Source: an uncultured Desulfobacteraceae bacterium
GTDB lineage: Bacteria; Desulfobacterota; DSM-4660; Desulfatiglandales; B25-G16
Assembly: GCA_964611035.1 (NCBI GenBank)
Contig: CAZSWT010000002.1
Coordinates: 7,437-71,436 of the forward strand
DNA: 64,000 nucleotides
Direction of reading: 5' to 3'
Below the pieces are notes generated by a model. The model was not told where the DNA came from, did not search any database, and worked only from the letters and a program-made list of their open reading frames with translations. The translations under genes were made by a program, and so were the position numbers. The number at the start of each line of letters is the position of its first letter. Position 1 is the stretch's first letter. Below, piece by piece: positions 55,970 through 64,000 of this stretch.

Positions 55970-56569
55970 ATGCCTAAGAAATCTACAGTATTATTAATCG
56001 CGCTTATTTTTGGTATGGGGGTGCTATTTGCCTCTTGTGCCGCTGTTCAGGTAAAACCTACTGCGGCCAATTTTAAGGCACCAACAATAGCAATCGAAAT
56101 GATAGAGGTACCCCAGTATGATGGGTACTGGTATTATGGGGGAAATATAAAACCAACAAAAGGTAAGGCAGGGAATCATGGTGCACCCTTGCCATTAATC
56201 ATTACCTTTAATATCACGAATCCAAATCCATATCCGATTCTACTGGAGGATTACAGTTTTGTCATTGCATTTGAAGACTTTGATATGACTACTGTCAAAG
56301 GCTATGAGTCCCAGTGGATTCCGGCTGGTAAGACAAATCAAGTCAAGGCAGCCACCATGTTTACCACTCGTTCAGTATTATTGAAGCTTTTGGTAACCAG
56401 TGGATTCAAATTAAAGGCCAAAGGAACCAATGCCTGGGCCGCAATGGAAAAATATTGGACTACAATTCCTGATATGGCCTTTCCCATTAACATTTATGAA
56501 GGGAATTTCGGCTTTAGGGCCGATGGTGTCTCTAAGGCAGTTCCATTTAAAGGCACTTATGCCCCATAA
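55970..56569 (+). CDS. lipoprotein, possibly LEA14/LEA_2-like fold (hypothetical)
   Basis: The lipobox LFASC is present. ITFNITNPNPYPILLEDYSFVIAF resembles the LEA_2 NPN...l..l.y.l pattern; this is a weak assignment. Confidence 0.5.
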   Translation: MPKKSTVLLIALIFGMGVLFASCAAVQVKPTAANFKAPTIAIEMIEVPQYDGYWYYGGNIKPTKGKAGNHGAPLPLIITFNITNPNPYPILLEDYSFVIAFEDFDMTTVKGYESQWIPAGKTNQVKAATMFTTRSVLLKLLVTSGFKLKAKGTNAWAAMEKYWTTIPDMAFPINIYEGNFGFRADGVSKAVPFKGTYAP

Positions 56570-56606
56570 TTGGGGATGAACAGATGGGTTTAATCATCTA
56601 AAAAAA

Positions 56607-56643
56607 ATAGACCGCCAGAGGTGCTGCCTTTGGCGGTCTATTT
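56607..56643 (+). terminator. 15-bp-stem hairpin between the lipoprotein gene and the second ligase gene
   Basis: ATAGACCGCCAGAGG-TGCTG-CCTTTGGCGGTCTAT followed by TT. The U-tract is weak, so it could be an RNA-processing or stability element rather than a full terminator. Confidence 0.45.
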
Positions 56644-56680
56644 ACTTATCGATAGCATATTGATTTGAAAGAGGTAAGCT

Positions 56681-58204
56681 ATGGGTTTATATGATTTTAC
56701 TATTTATGATGTTATAAACCGGAATGCCAGGTGTTTTAAACAGAGGCCAGCCTGGTTAGAGTTATCTGATGGCCGGGAAATAACATTCGGCGAGTTAAAG
56801 GATATGGTTGATCATCTGGCCAAAGGCCTGCAAGATGTGGGATTGAAGAAAGGTGATCGGATTGGAATATTAGGCAAAAACAGTCTTGAATACTTTCTAC
56901 TTTATGGTGCGGCTTCTGCATTAGGGCTAATTGTTATTGCTATAAACTGGCGTTTGTCAGCCGATGAGGTGGAAAATAACCTGGCTGATGGAGCGCCACG
57001 ATTGGTCTTTGCTGATTCCGAGTTCCAGGAGTTGATCCAGGGGCTAAAGGATAAACTAACATCTGTGGAGACATATTATAACTTGAGTGGAAAAGAAGGC
57101 TCTTTTGAAGATTTCAATCGATTGCTTGATAATAATGCAGATTTTAAATTAGAAGAGGTAGCTACAGATGACGGCACTGTTATAATCCATACAGCAGCAG
57201 TAGAAGGTAAGCCAAGGGGCGCACTTGTGACCCATCGCAATATTCTCTCTGCAACCACACAGTTTGCTCATGTATTCAAGATATATAAAGAAGATGTTCA
57301 CCTCAATCTTCTTCCACTCTTCCATGTAGGGGGTCTGTTTATCGCTATGACCGCATTTCATGCAGGGGCCCTGAATATTAATGTGAGTAGATTTGACGCA
57401 GACCAGGCCGTGGATTTTATTCAGGAAAAAAAGATTACCATGCTATTTGACTTTGCCCCGATACTGGCCTCAATCCTTGACAGCCAAGAAAAGAGCGGGA
57501 AAGATATCAGCTCTTTAAGACTGGTGGCTGGTCTTGACAGTCCTGAGACCATAGAAAGGTATCAAAAGGCAACAGGCGGAGAGTTTTTTGTGGTTTATGG
57601 TCAGACAGAGGTTTCAGCATTGGTAACTATTTCACCATACAATGAAAAACCTGGATCTGCTGGAAGACCTTTGCCCCTTGCTGATGTACGACTTTTTGAT
57701 GACTATGATAAAGAGGTTGAAACTGGCAAGGTAGGTGAGATTGTGGTGAGGGGGCCTATGGTTTTTAAGGGTTACTGGAATCTACCTGAGGAAACATCCT
57801 ACACATTTAGGGAGGGTTGGCATCATACGGGAGACCAGGGACGTTTTGACGAGGAAGGCTTTCTTTGGTATGCTGGACGCAAAGCAGAAAAAGAGCTTAT
57901 TAAGCCGGGAGGGGAAAATGTTTACCCAGCTGAGGTAGAAAAGGTGATCCTCCAGCATCCTGCAGTTGAGAGAACCGTTGTTTTTGGAGTGCCTGATCCT
58001 AAATGGAAAGAAGGAATCAAGGCAGTATGTGAGTTGAAAGAAGGGCAGAGCCTTGAACCACAGGAGCTTATAGATTTTGTTGGTGAACGTATTGCCAGAT
58101 TCAAGAAACCTCAATATGTGGAATTTATCACGGATATTCCCCTTCTTGAGGATGGCTCTCCGGACAGGGCCAAGGCTAAGGAATTGTATGGGGGAGAGCA
58201 ATAA
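56681..58204 (+). CDS. AMP-forming acyl-CoA ligase (507 aa)
   Basis: VYGQTE, GWHHTGDQGRFDEEGFLWYAGRK, GENVYPAEVE and a C-terminal FKKPQYVEF. Confidence 0.85.
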   Translation: MGLYDFTIYDVINRNARCFKQRPAWLELSDGREITFGELKDMVDHLAKGLQDVGLKKGDRIGILGKNSLEYFLLYGAASALGLIVIAINWRLSADEVENNLADGAPRLVFADSEFQELIQGLKDKLTSVETYYNLSGKEGSFEDFNRLLDNNADFKLEEVATDDGTVIIHTAAVEGKPRGALVTHRNILSATTQFAHVFKIYKEDVHLNLLPLFHVGGLFIAMTAFHAGALNINVSRFDADQAVDFIQEKKITMLFDFAPILASILDSQEKSGKDISSLRLVAGLDSPETIERYQKATGGEFFVVYGQTEVSALVTISPYNEKPGSAGRPLPLADVRLFDDYDKEVETGKVGEIVVRGPMVFKGYWNLPEETSYTFREGWHHTGDQGRFDEEGFLWYAGRKAEKELIKPGGENVYPAEVEKVILQHPAVERTVVFGVPDPKWKEGIKAVCELKEGQSLEPQELIDFVGERIARFKKPQYVEFITDIPLLEDGSPDRAKAKELYGGEQ

Positions 58205-58270
58205 GCGTAACTTCTTAATATTTCAGAGAACACTTGGCAGTAAAATAAATATGACTAACTGATGTATATT

Positions 58271-58327
58271 GTAGGGGTTCGATTTATCGAACCCTTGCGT
58301 ATCGGGCTTGATAAATCAAGCCCCTAC
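58271..58327. repeat. double-hairpin-within-a-stem element
   Basis: GTAGGGG[TTCGATTTATCGAA]CCC-TTGCGTATC-GGG[CTTGATAAATCAAG]CCCCTAC. Confidence 0.6.
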
Positions 58328-58387
58328 AAAAAAACCCCAAAATATTGAGAAGATACCAATAAACTGATTAAAAAAATGAAAATCAAA

Positions 58388-58416
58388 AGCTCTACTTAAA
58401 ACGTAGGGCTTTTTTG
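58388..58416. terminator. bidirectional rho-independent terminator between convergent genes
   Basis: AGCTCTAC-TTAAAAC-GTAGGGCT is followed by TTTTTTG on the plus strand. An A-run upstream gives a U-tract on the minus strand. Confidence 0.6.
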
Positions 58417-58449
58417 TTTCTGTGATGGGTGTATTTTTAAGCTTGTTAA

Positions 58450-58689
58450 TCATAGGGAGACTGCTATAGCAGGCTCATTAATAGTTTCTATTTTATCCGA
58501 TGAGGTTGGAAGTCTCTCTCCGGCATCTACCATATCCTCTATATATATCTCGGCAGCATCTTTTATGTTTATTAACGCATCTTGTCGAGAATAACCCCAA
58601 CTGGAACAACCTGGAAGTGTTGGGATAGATGCACTCCATCTCCCATCTTCCTCTTCTTTGAGATCAACCCTTAAAACAAAAGTCTTCAT
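58450..58689 (-). CDS. hicB: HicB-family antitoxin-like protein (UPF0150)
   Basis: FVLRVDLKEEEDGRWSASIPTLPGCSSWGYSRQDALINIKDAAEIYIEDM. Confidence 0.7.
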   Translation of the reverse strand: MKTFVLRVDLKEEEDGRWSASIPTLPGCSSWGYSRQDALINIKDAAEIYIEDMVDAGERLPTSSDKIETINEPAIAVSL

Positions 58690-58719
58690 ATCTTACCTCC
58701 CATTAGATAATGATTGAAA

Positions 58720-58746
58720 AGTATAACATCTTCAAATAAATGTCAA
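58720..58746 (-). promoter_or_regulatory. possible promoter of hicB
   Basis: On the minus strand, TTGACA (58746-58741), a 15-nt spacer, and TATACT (58725-58720). The spacer is shorter than optimal. Confidence 0.3.
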
Positions 58747-58902
58747 ATATTGAAGTCCAAAAATTAAATTTGAGCTTCGTTTCCGAATTCCAGAACACAG
58801 AAGCCTTTGACATTTGTGTAAACCTATACTAACCATGTTTAATAAATTTGGATTTTGGCAACGGACTACTGACAACTCCTTTCAACGGACATCATAGGAA
58901 TC

Positions 58903-59643
58903 ATGGAGTCAAAAAAAACAGAGGCGATTATTTTAAGGACGAAAGATTTTGGTGAATCTGATCTCATCGTTACTGTTTTTTCCTCTCTTTTCGGAACCCT
59001 AAGAGGCGTGGCCAAAGGTGGCCGCAAGAGCTCCAAACGATTTGTTAATTCTCTTACTACTTTTTCCTTGGTAAATCTTGCGTTTAGAGAGCGAAGAACC
59101 GGTGATCTTGCGTTGCTTGAAACGTGCGAATTAATCGAAGGTTTTCCTGCAATTCGATCAGATTACAATCTATTGTTAAGGGCAAGCTATATGGTGGAGC
59201 TGACAGAGACCCTTTTCCCATCCAATGTGCAAAGTTCTGAGATGTTTCAGTTGTTGAAATTTGGCCTGGGTTCTCTATCAGAAAAGCAAAATACCGAAGA
59301 GACTATGATTATGTTTCAGGCACGGGCCATGAAGATAGGCGGGTTTGGAATTAATTTATCTCGGTGCGGCCTTTGCATGCGACGATATGAGGGGAAGGGT
59401 AGGGCATTATTCCATCCCCCAAGTGGTTCAATAGTATGTTTGAGCTGTGAGAAGGAATCGGTTTTAAATCCTGGGATGGGCCCAAAAACAGTGCAAGTCC
59501 TTGAGGATTTTCAGTCTACTGACCCATCACTATTACAAAATGTACAATGCGATGATGATATAATAACTGAGCTGAAAAAGGTTTTAATGATGCATGTTGA
59601 ACATCGTTTAGGCAAGAGACTAAAATCTGCTAAATATCTTTAA
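58903..59643 (+). CDS. recO: DNA repair protein RecO
   Basis: TEAIILRTKDFGESDLIVTVFS...; C-terminal Cys cluster CGLC...CLSC. Confidence 0.85.
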   Translation: MESKKTEAIILRTKDFGESDLIVTVFSSLFGTLRGVAKGGRKSSKRFVNSLTTFSLVNLAFRERRTGDLALLETCELIEGFPAIRSDYNLLLRASYMVELTETLFPSNVQSSEMFQLLKFGLGSLSEKQNTEETMIMFQARAMKIGGFGINLSRCGLCMRRYEGKGRALFHPPSGSIVCLSCEKESVLNPGMGPKTVQVLEDFQSTDPSLLQNVQCDDDIITELKKVLMMHVEHRLGKRLKSAKYL

Positions 59644-59906
59644 GCCATCAGTTTCTAATAGACCGTTGACATTTAGCCGTTATCTTTGTGTATTTAAGGT
59701 GGTTACCTTCTTGACATCTTGTAAGGCAGGTGATATTTTTCGCAGAACTTTTTGGTGGCTAATGTTCATTGTGTTCATTGTGTTTGTTGTGTTTATTTTA
59801 AACTGTAGCTGATTTTAGTCACTTTAACTCGCAACCAGTAATTAGACAATTGACAATGAACAACGGACAACTGTCAACGGACAACAAACAAAGAGAAAGG
59901 ATTTCT

Positions 59907-60782
59907 ATGACATTTCAGGAATTGATCATTGGCCTGGAAAGATTCTGGGCAGATAGAGGATGTCTAATCCAGCAGCCGTATGACCTGGAGGTTGGGGCAG
60001 GGACCTTTAACCCGGCTACTCTTTTGAGGACATTGGGTCCTGAACCGTGGTCTGTTGCCTATGTAGAGCCTTCCAGGCGCCCTACTGATGGCAGATACGG
60101 TGAGAATCCCAACCGTTTGGGGCATTATTATCAATATCAGGTGATTATAAAACCTTCTCCCATTGATATTCAGGAAATCTATCTCGAAAGTTTAAAGGCA
60201 CTGGGAATAGATCCCCTTGATCATGATATCCGCTTTGTGGAGGATGATTGGGAATCCCCCACCCTTGGAGCATCAGGTCTTGGGTGGGAGGTCTGGCTGG
60301 ATGGCATGGAGATCACCCAGTTTACCTATTTTCAACTGGCAGGCGGCATTCGCCTTGATCCGATTTCCGTGGAAATAACCTATGGTCTGGAAAGGATCGC
60401 TATGTATTTGCAAGAAAAAGAGAGCGTTTATGATCTTGCATGGAATGAAAATGTTACTTACGGAGATGTTCATAAAAAAGGGGAGTGGGAAAACTCTGTA
60501 TATTGTTTTGAAATGGCTAATATAGATATGCTTTTAAAGATGTTTGAAATGTGTGAAAAGGAATCTCTTACAATAAGCAAAAAAGGGATTGTCCTGCCAG
60601 CATATGATTATTGTCTCAAATGTTCCCACATTTTTAATATACTTGAAGCTAGGGGGGCAATCAGTGTTACAGAAAGAACATCTTTCATTGGAAGGATTAG
60701 GGAATTGGCTAGTTTGGTAGCAAAAAATTATTTAAAGCAGAGAGAAGAGATGGGGTACCCCCTGATGAGAGAAAGTGCCTAA
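59907..60782 (+). CDS. glyQ: glycine--tRNA ligase alpha subunit
   Basis: [19 protein letters not shown]...[17 protein letters not shown]...FTYFQ. ATG 59907 sits behind GAGAAAGG. The upstream 19 codons of the ORF are CAACGGACA word repeats. Confidence 0.9.
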   Translation: MTFQELIIGLERFWADRGCLIQQPYDLEVGAGTFNPATLLRTLGPEPWSVAYVEPSRRPTDGRYGENPNRLGHYYQYQVIIKPSPIDIQEIYLESLKALGIDPLDHDIRFVEDDWESPTLGASGLGWEVWLDGMEITQFTYFQLAGGIRLDPISVEITYGLERIAMYLQEKESVYDLAWNENVTYGDVHKKGEWENSVYCFEMANIDMLLKMFEMCEKESLTISKKGIVLPAYDYCLKCSHIFNILEARGAISVTERTSFIGRIRELASLVAKNYLKQREEMGYPLMRESA

Positions 60783-60874
60783 AGTGAGCTAAAATCAGGG
60801 CCCCTTTCAGGCTTAATAATTACAATCTCCCACCTTTGGTGGCAACAATCTGAAGAAATAGTTAAAGAGGATAT

Positions 60875-62950
60875 ATGACTGCTGAACTGCTTTTAGAGAT
60901 AGGCACAGAAGAGATTCCCTCAGACTATCTTGAGAACGGTTTAAAAGAGCTTAAGCGATTGGCAGAATTTTATTTAAAAGAAAACCGAATCGAGATTGAA
61001 GGAGGTCTTCATACATACGGAACTCCAAGACGGTTGGTTTTAGTCGGCAAGGCCATCGCTGATAAACAGGAAGATATGATCCAGGAGATAACAGGGCCTC
61101 CTAAAAAGGCTGCATTTGATGAAGAGGGAAACCCCACAAAGGCAGCATTTGGTTTTGCTAAGAAACAGGGAGTGTCTGTGGATGAGCTAAAATTATTGGA
61201 AACACCAAAAGGCGTCTACCTTCATATTAAGCGTAAAATGCCAGGAAAGCTTACAATAACTATCCTATCCGAAGTGTTACCCAAATTAATAGCGAATATT
61301 CCCTGGCCAAAGTCGATGCGTTGGGGAAGTGAAGAGTTTTCGTTTGTTAGGCCTATCCAATGGGTACTCGCACTTTTTAACGGTAAAACCATTCCCTTTG
61401 AAGTAGCTGGGATAACGAGTGGGCCTCAAACCAGCGGTCATAGGTTTATGGCACCCCAGAGGATGGAAATAGAAGGCCTTGAAGATTATCTACAAAAAAT
61501 GAATGAAAGCTCTGTAATTATTGATCAAAAAGAGAGAGAAGATAGGGTTGAAAAAACTGTCATCACAGTCGCTAAAAAAGTATCAGGCATACCTGTGATA
61601 GACCCCGAATTATTAACTACAGTGGCTAATATGGTGGAGTTCCCATCTGCCATTTGCGGTGGTTTTGATAAGGCATTTCTTACACTCCCTGATCCTGTTC
61701 TCATAACAGCAATGAAAGAGCATCAGAGATATTTTTCTGTTAGAGACCATGAGGGGAATCTGATGCCAAATTTCGTGGCTGTTAATAATACGATTGCAAG
61801 GGATGAATCTATTGTTAAAAGAGGGCATGAAAGAGTTTTGCAGGCAAGATTGGCCGATGCAAATTTCTTTTTTAAAGAAGACAGAAAAAGACTCCTTAAG
61901 GATAGGCTGGAGGATTTAAAAACAGTTATCTATCAGGCAGAGTTAGGGACATCCTTTGCCAAGGTACAACGTTTTACCCGATTAGCAGAATACTTGGCTG
62001 AACAGATAGTGCCGGAAAAGATACATGATGTTGGACTTGTTGCGAAGCTCTGTAAATGTGATTTGGTTACTGAGATGGTTATGGAGTTTCCCTCCCTTCA
62101 GGGTGTAATGGGGAAAGAATATGCCAGATTGGACGGCTACCCTGAAGATATCTGTATAGCTATTTCAGATCATTATTTACCTGTTCAAGCAGAATCTCAA
62201 CTCCCTGAATCTTTTATTGGGTCAATTGTTGGCATAGCTGATAGGCTGGATACCCTTGTAGGGTTTTTTATACTGGGCCTTGAGCCTGACGGAACAGCTG
62301 ATCCCTATGCCCTCAGGAGACAGGCCTTGGCTATTATTAGGATAGTGAGGGATAAAAAGATTGCTATTTCCTTTCAGGAACTCATTAATAAATCAGCATG
62401 TATTCTTAATGAAACTATTTCATTTGACCTAAAAGAGGTCACAAATAAGGTAATCAATTTTATAAAGGAACGCTTTAAGAATTTGTTGTTATCTGAAGGA
62501 ATTACGCAAGATTTTATAGAGGCAGTAATTTCTATCGATTTTAATTTCCTCCATCAAGTAGAGAAAAAAATCGAAGCCTTACAAAGATTTCGAGACATTT
62601 CGAAAGATTTTGAAACCTTAGCGATAGCGTTTAAACGGATCATTAACATAGGAAAAGGCTTTGAAGAAACGTATAGGGTGAATCCTGATTTATTTGAGCA
62701 TAAAAGTGAAGAAGGTTTATGGAAAACATTTCAGTTAGTAAAAGATGAAGTAAAAAGAGAGATAGATAGAGAAAATTACTTTGAGGCATTGAATATACTA
62801 TCCAGAATAATTAAGCAGGTAGATGAATTTTTTTCCGAAGTAATGGTCATGGCAGAAGATAAAAGGGTAAGAGAAAACAGGCTTGGAATTCTAAAAAGCC
62901 TGCATCAGTTTTTTTTGCAGGTAGCTGATTTTTCAAAATTTTCTATTTAG
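60875..62950 (+). CDS. glyS: glycine--tRNA ligase beta subunit
   Basis: LLEIGTEEIPS...TPRRL...KSMRWG...FPSLQGVMG...ADRLDTLVG...DPYALRR. Confidence 0.9.
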   Translation: MTAELLLEIGTEEIPSDYLENGLKELKRLAEFYLKENRIEIEGGLHTYGTPRRLVLVGKAIADKQEDMIQEITGPPKKAAFDEEGNPTKAAFGFAKKQGVSVDELKLLETPKGVYLHIKRKMPGKLTITILSEVLPKLIANIPWPKSMRWGSEEFSFVRPIQWVLALFNGKTIPFEVAGITSGPQTSGHRFMAPQRMEIEGLEDYLQKMNESSVIIDQKEREDRVEKTVITVAKKVSGIPVIDPELLTTVANMVEFPSAICGGFDKAFLTLPDPVLITAMKEHQRYFSVRDHEGNLMPNFVAVNNTIARDESIVKRGHERVLQARLADANFFFKEDRKRLLKDRLEDLKTVIYQAELGTSFAKVQRFTRLAEYLAEQIVPEKIHDVGLVAKLCKCDLVTEMVMEFPSLQGVMGKEYARLDGYPEDICIAISDHYLPVQAESQLPESFIGSIVGIADRLDTLVGFFILGLEPDGTADPYALRRQALAIIRIVRDKKIAISFQELINKSACILNETISFDLKEVTNKVINFIKERFKNLLLSEGITQDFIEAVISIDFNFLHQVEKKIEALQRFRDISKDFETLAIAFKRIINIGKGFEETYRVNPDLFEHKSEEGLWKTFQLVKDEVKREIDRENYFEALNILSRIIKQVDEFFSEVMVMAEDKRVRENRLGILKSLHQFFLQVADFSKFSI

Positions 62951-63068
62951 TAGTTCGGTGTGAAGTGTCTGGAATGATCAAACCAGACAAACTCTTTACT
63001 ATACAACTCCTTGCTACCTCCAATCCCTAAATCCCTAAATTCACAATTCCTCAATTATAAAGGTTTTA

Positions 63069-64000
63069 TTAGTTATCTGGTTTTTTTACTAAAAAATACA
63101 TCTCTCCATCATGTTTAAGATTGCCTGCAGCTAATTCCGCATAAGGGTCACTACCCCAAAAAATGTCTGCTCGTCCCGCACCTTTTATAACCCCTCCAGT
63201 ATCTTGATTTAAAAGAAATCTTGAAAAAGGAACCCATCCAGTTATAGTTCCATCTTTCCCCATAATGGGTTTCTGACAGCGAATATACACCAGGGCTCCC
63301 TTTGGAAATAGCCTATCATCAACTGCTAAAGACCTTCCAGGTGTTAAAGGAACACCGATGTTGCCCAGAGGCCCACTATCAAGTAGTCGGAAAAAAACAT
63401 ACGATGGATTATAATTCAATATCTCATCTTTAATGTCAGGGTTTTGTTTTATAAAAGATCTGATAGTCTGAAGGGATAAATTATCAGCTGTGATATATCC
63501 ATTATCTATCATATATCTGCCTATACTTTTATAGGGATGCCCATTTGAGGCACTATAACCAACTCCGATTGTCTTTCCGTTTGGTAATCGTATCCTCCCT
63601 GAACCCTGAATTTGTAATATGGCTACGTCGAGAGTATCCTTGAGCCATGCAATTTCAAGATTTTGTCTTTCTAGAACCTTGTTTTCCATTATGTCTTTTC
63701 TTGTGAAATAGGGGACAAGACTATTGCCTTTTATCCTGGCCGTAATGCGCTGTCCGGAAAATTTCGGTCGGAAAAGGCCCAAATTCATTGTCAATAGATT
63801 GTCTGGCCTTCTATATATTGGATATCTGTGCATAGAATCACGCTCAAGGCTTCCATCAAAGATCGGCTCAAAATATCCAGTGAAAAAGACCTTTTTACTT
63901 CCCCAAAAACCAGCTGTCTTATATAAGTAAAATTTTTCCCTTAGATCTCTATTGAATTTTTTGCTATCTGAACTTTGCTTGAAAATTGATAAAAAGGTCT
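63069..64000 (-). CDS. mltA: membrane-bound lytic murein transglycosylase A (5' end beyond the window)
   Basis: The frame stays open upstream of M63833 to the window edge (...TGYFEPIFDGSLERDSMHRYPIYRRPD...). C-terminal 3D-domain motif DTGGVIKGAGRADIFWG. Confidence 0.8.
   Translation of the reverse strand, partial: TFLSIFKQSSDSKKFNRDLREKFYLYKTAGFWGSKKVFFTGYFEPIFDGSLERDSMHRYPIYRRPDNLLTMNLGLFRPKFSGQRITARIKGNSLVPYFTRKDIMENKVLERQNLEIAWLKDTLDVAILQIQGSGRIRLPNGKTIGVGYSASNGHPYKSIGRYMIDNGYITADNLSLQTIRSFIKQNPDIKDEILNYNPSYVFFRLLDSGPLGNIGVPLTPGRSLAVDDRLFPKGALVYIRCQKPIMGKDGTITGWVPFSRFLLNQDTGGVIKGAGRADIFWGSDPYAELAAGNLKHDGEMYFLVKKPDN

Noticed and set aside
18412-58689. Sir2, dGTPase, HicB and GIY-YIG proteins read together as an anti-phage defence island
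   Set aside because: The genes are scattered over 40 kb among housekeeping genes. The sirtuin has the standard CobB Zn site and size. Dgt looks like the common housekeeping-type paralog. There are no associated effector or sensor partners.
59780-59890. Apparent inverted repeat between GTTCATTGTGTTCATTGTGTTTGTTGTG and ACAATGAACAACGGACAAC...CAACAAACA upstream of glyQ
   Set aside because: The complementary segments occur in the same order on both sides (A..B / A'..B'). That order is incompatible with a simple hairpin and is probably a coincidence of low-complexity words.

Overview
This is a 64-kb, AT-rich, gene-dense bacterial chromosomal segment. The host is diderm (MltA, DegP, many lipoproteins) and probably an anaerobe, judging by a 2-hydroxyacyl-CoA dehydratase pair, a NifX-like protein and a Tat-exported ApbE. 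No finer taxon can be assigned from sequence alone.

I support about 60 protein genes and one tRNA(CAT). I saw no rRNA, CRISPR array, prophage or classical IS transposase.

Most genes are housekeeping:
- Repair, cofactor and central metabolism: ogt, queD, galT, ltaE, asd, a sirtuin, ribF, coaX, folP, dgt.
- Translation and replication: rpsF-rpsR-rplI-dnaB-hflX, tilS, recO, glyQS.
- Envelope and proteolysis: degP, a ClC channel, apbE, ftsH, mltA.

There is also an envelope cluster at the 5' end (TPR lipoprotein plus FN3-repeat protein sharing a CsgG/LpoB-like module), a TPM/NTase/LemA cluster, two stand-alone PilZ proteins, and a Liv-type ABC transporter operon carrying two AMP-forming CoA ligases.

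The unusual part is the non-coding and accessory DNA. Almost every long spacer is built from palindromic or word-repeat elements. Two families of tiny single-gene cassettes sit inside inverted-repeat stems between host genes, always co-oriented with them. One family is the four-helix-bundle genes of the 23S-rRNA-IVS/Avd family (3 copies). The other is 84-95-aa GIY-YIG nuclease genes (2 copies).

Highlights:
- A GIY-YIG cassette with perfect 12-bp terminal inverted repeats is inserted inside a four-helix-bundle gene between ftsH and tilS.
- The three large spacers of the ABC operon are each filled by such a cassette.
- A perfect 102-bp tandem duplication covers a cassette arm plus the gene's 5' end.
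- Gene-less (MITE-like) versions of the GIY-YIG palindrome are present.
- hflX and one cassette gene have their conserved N-termini encoded upstream of any canonical start codon.

All calls rest on reading the translations and the DNA by eye. No database search or folding was run, and start codons and repeat boundaries are approximate.
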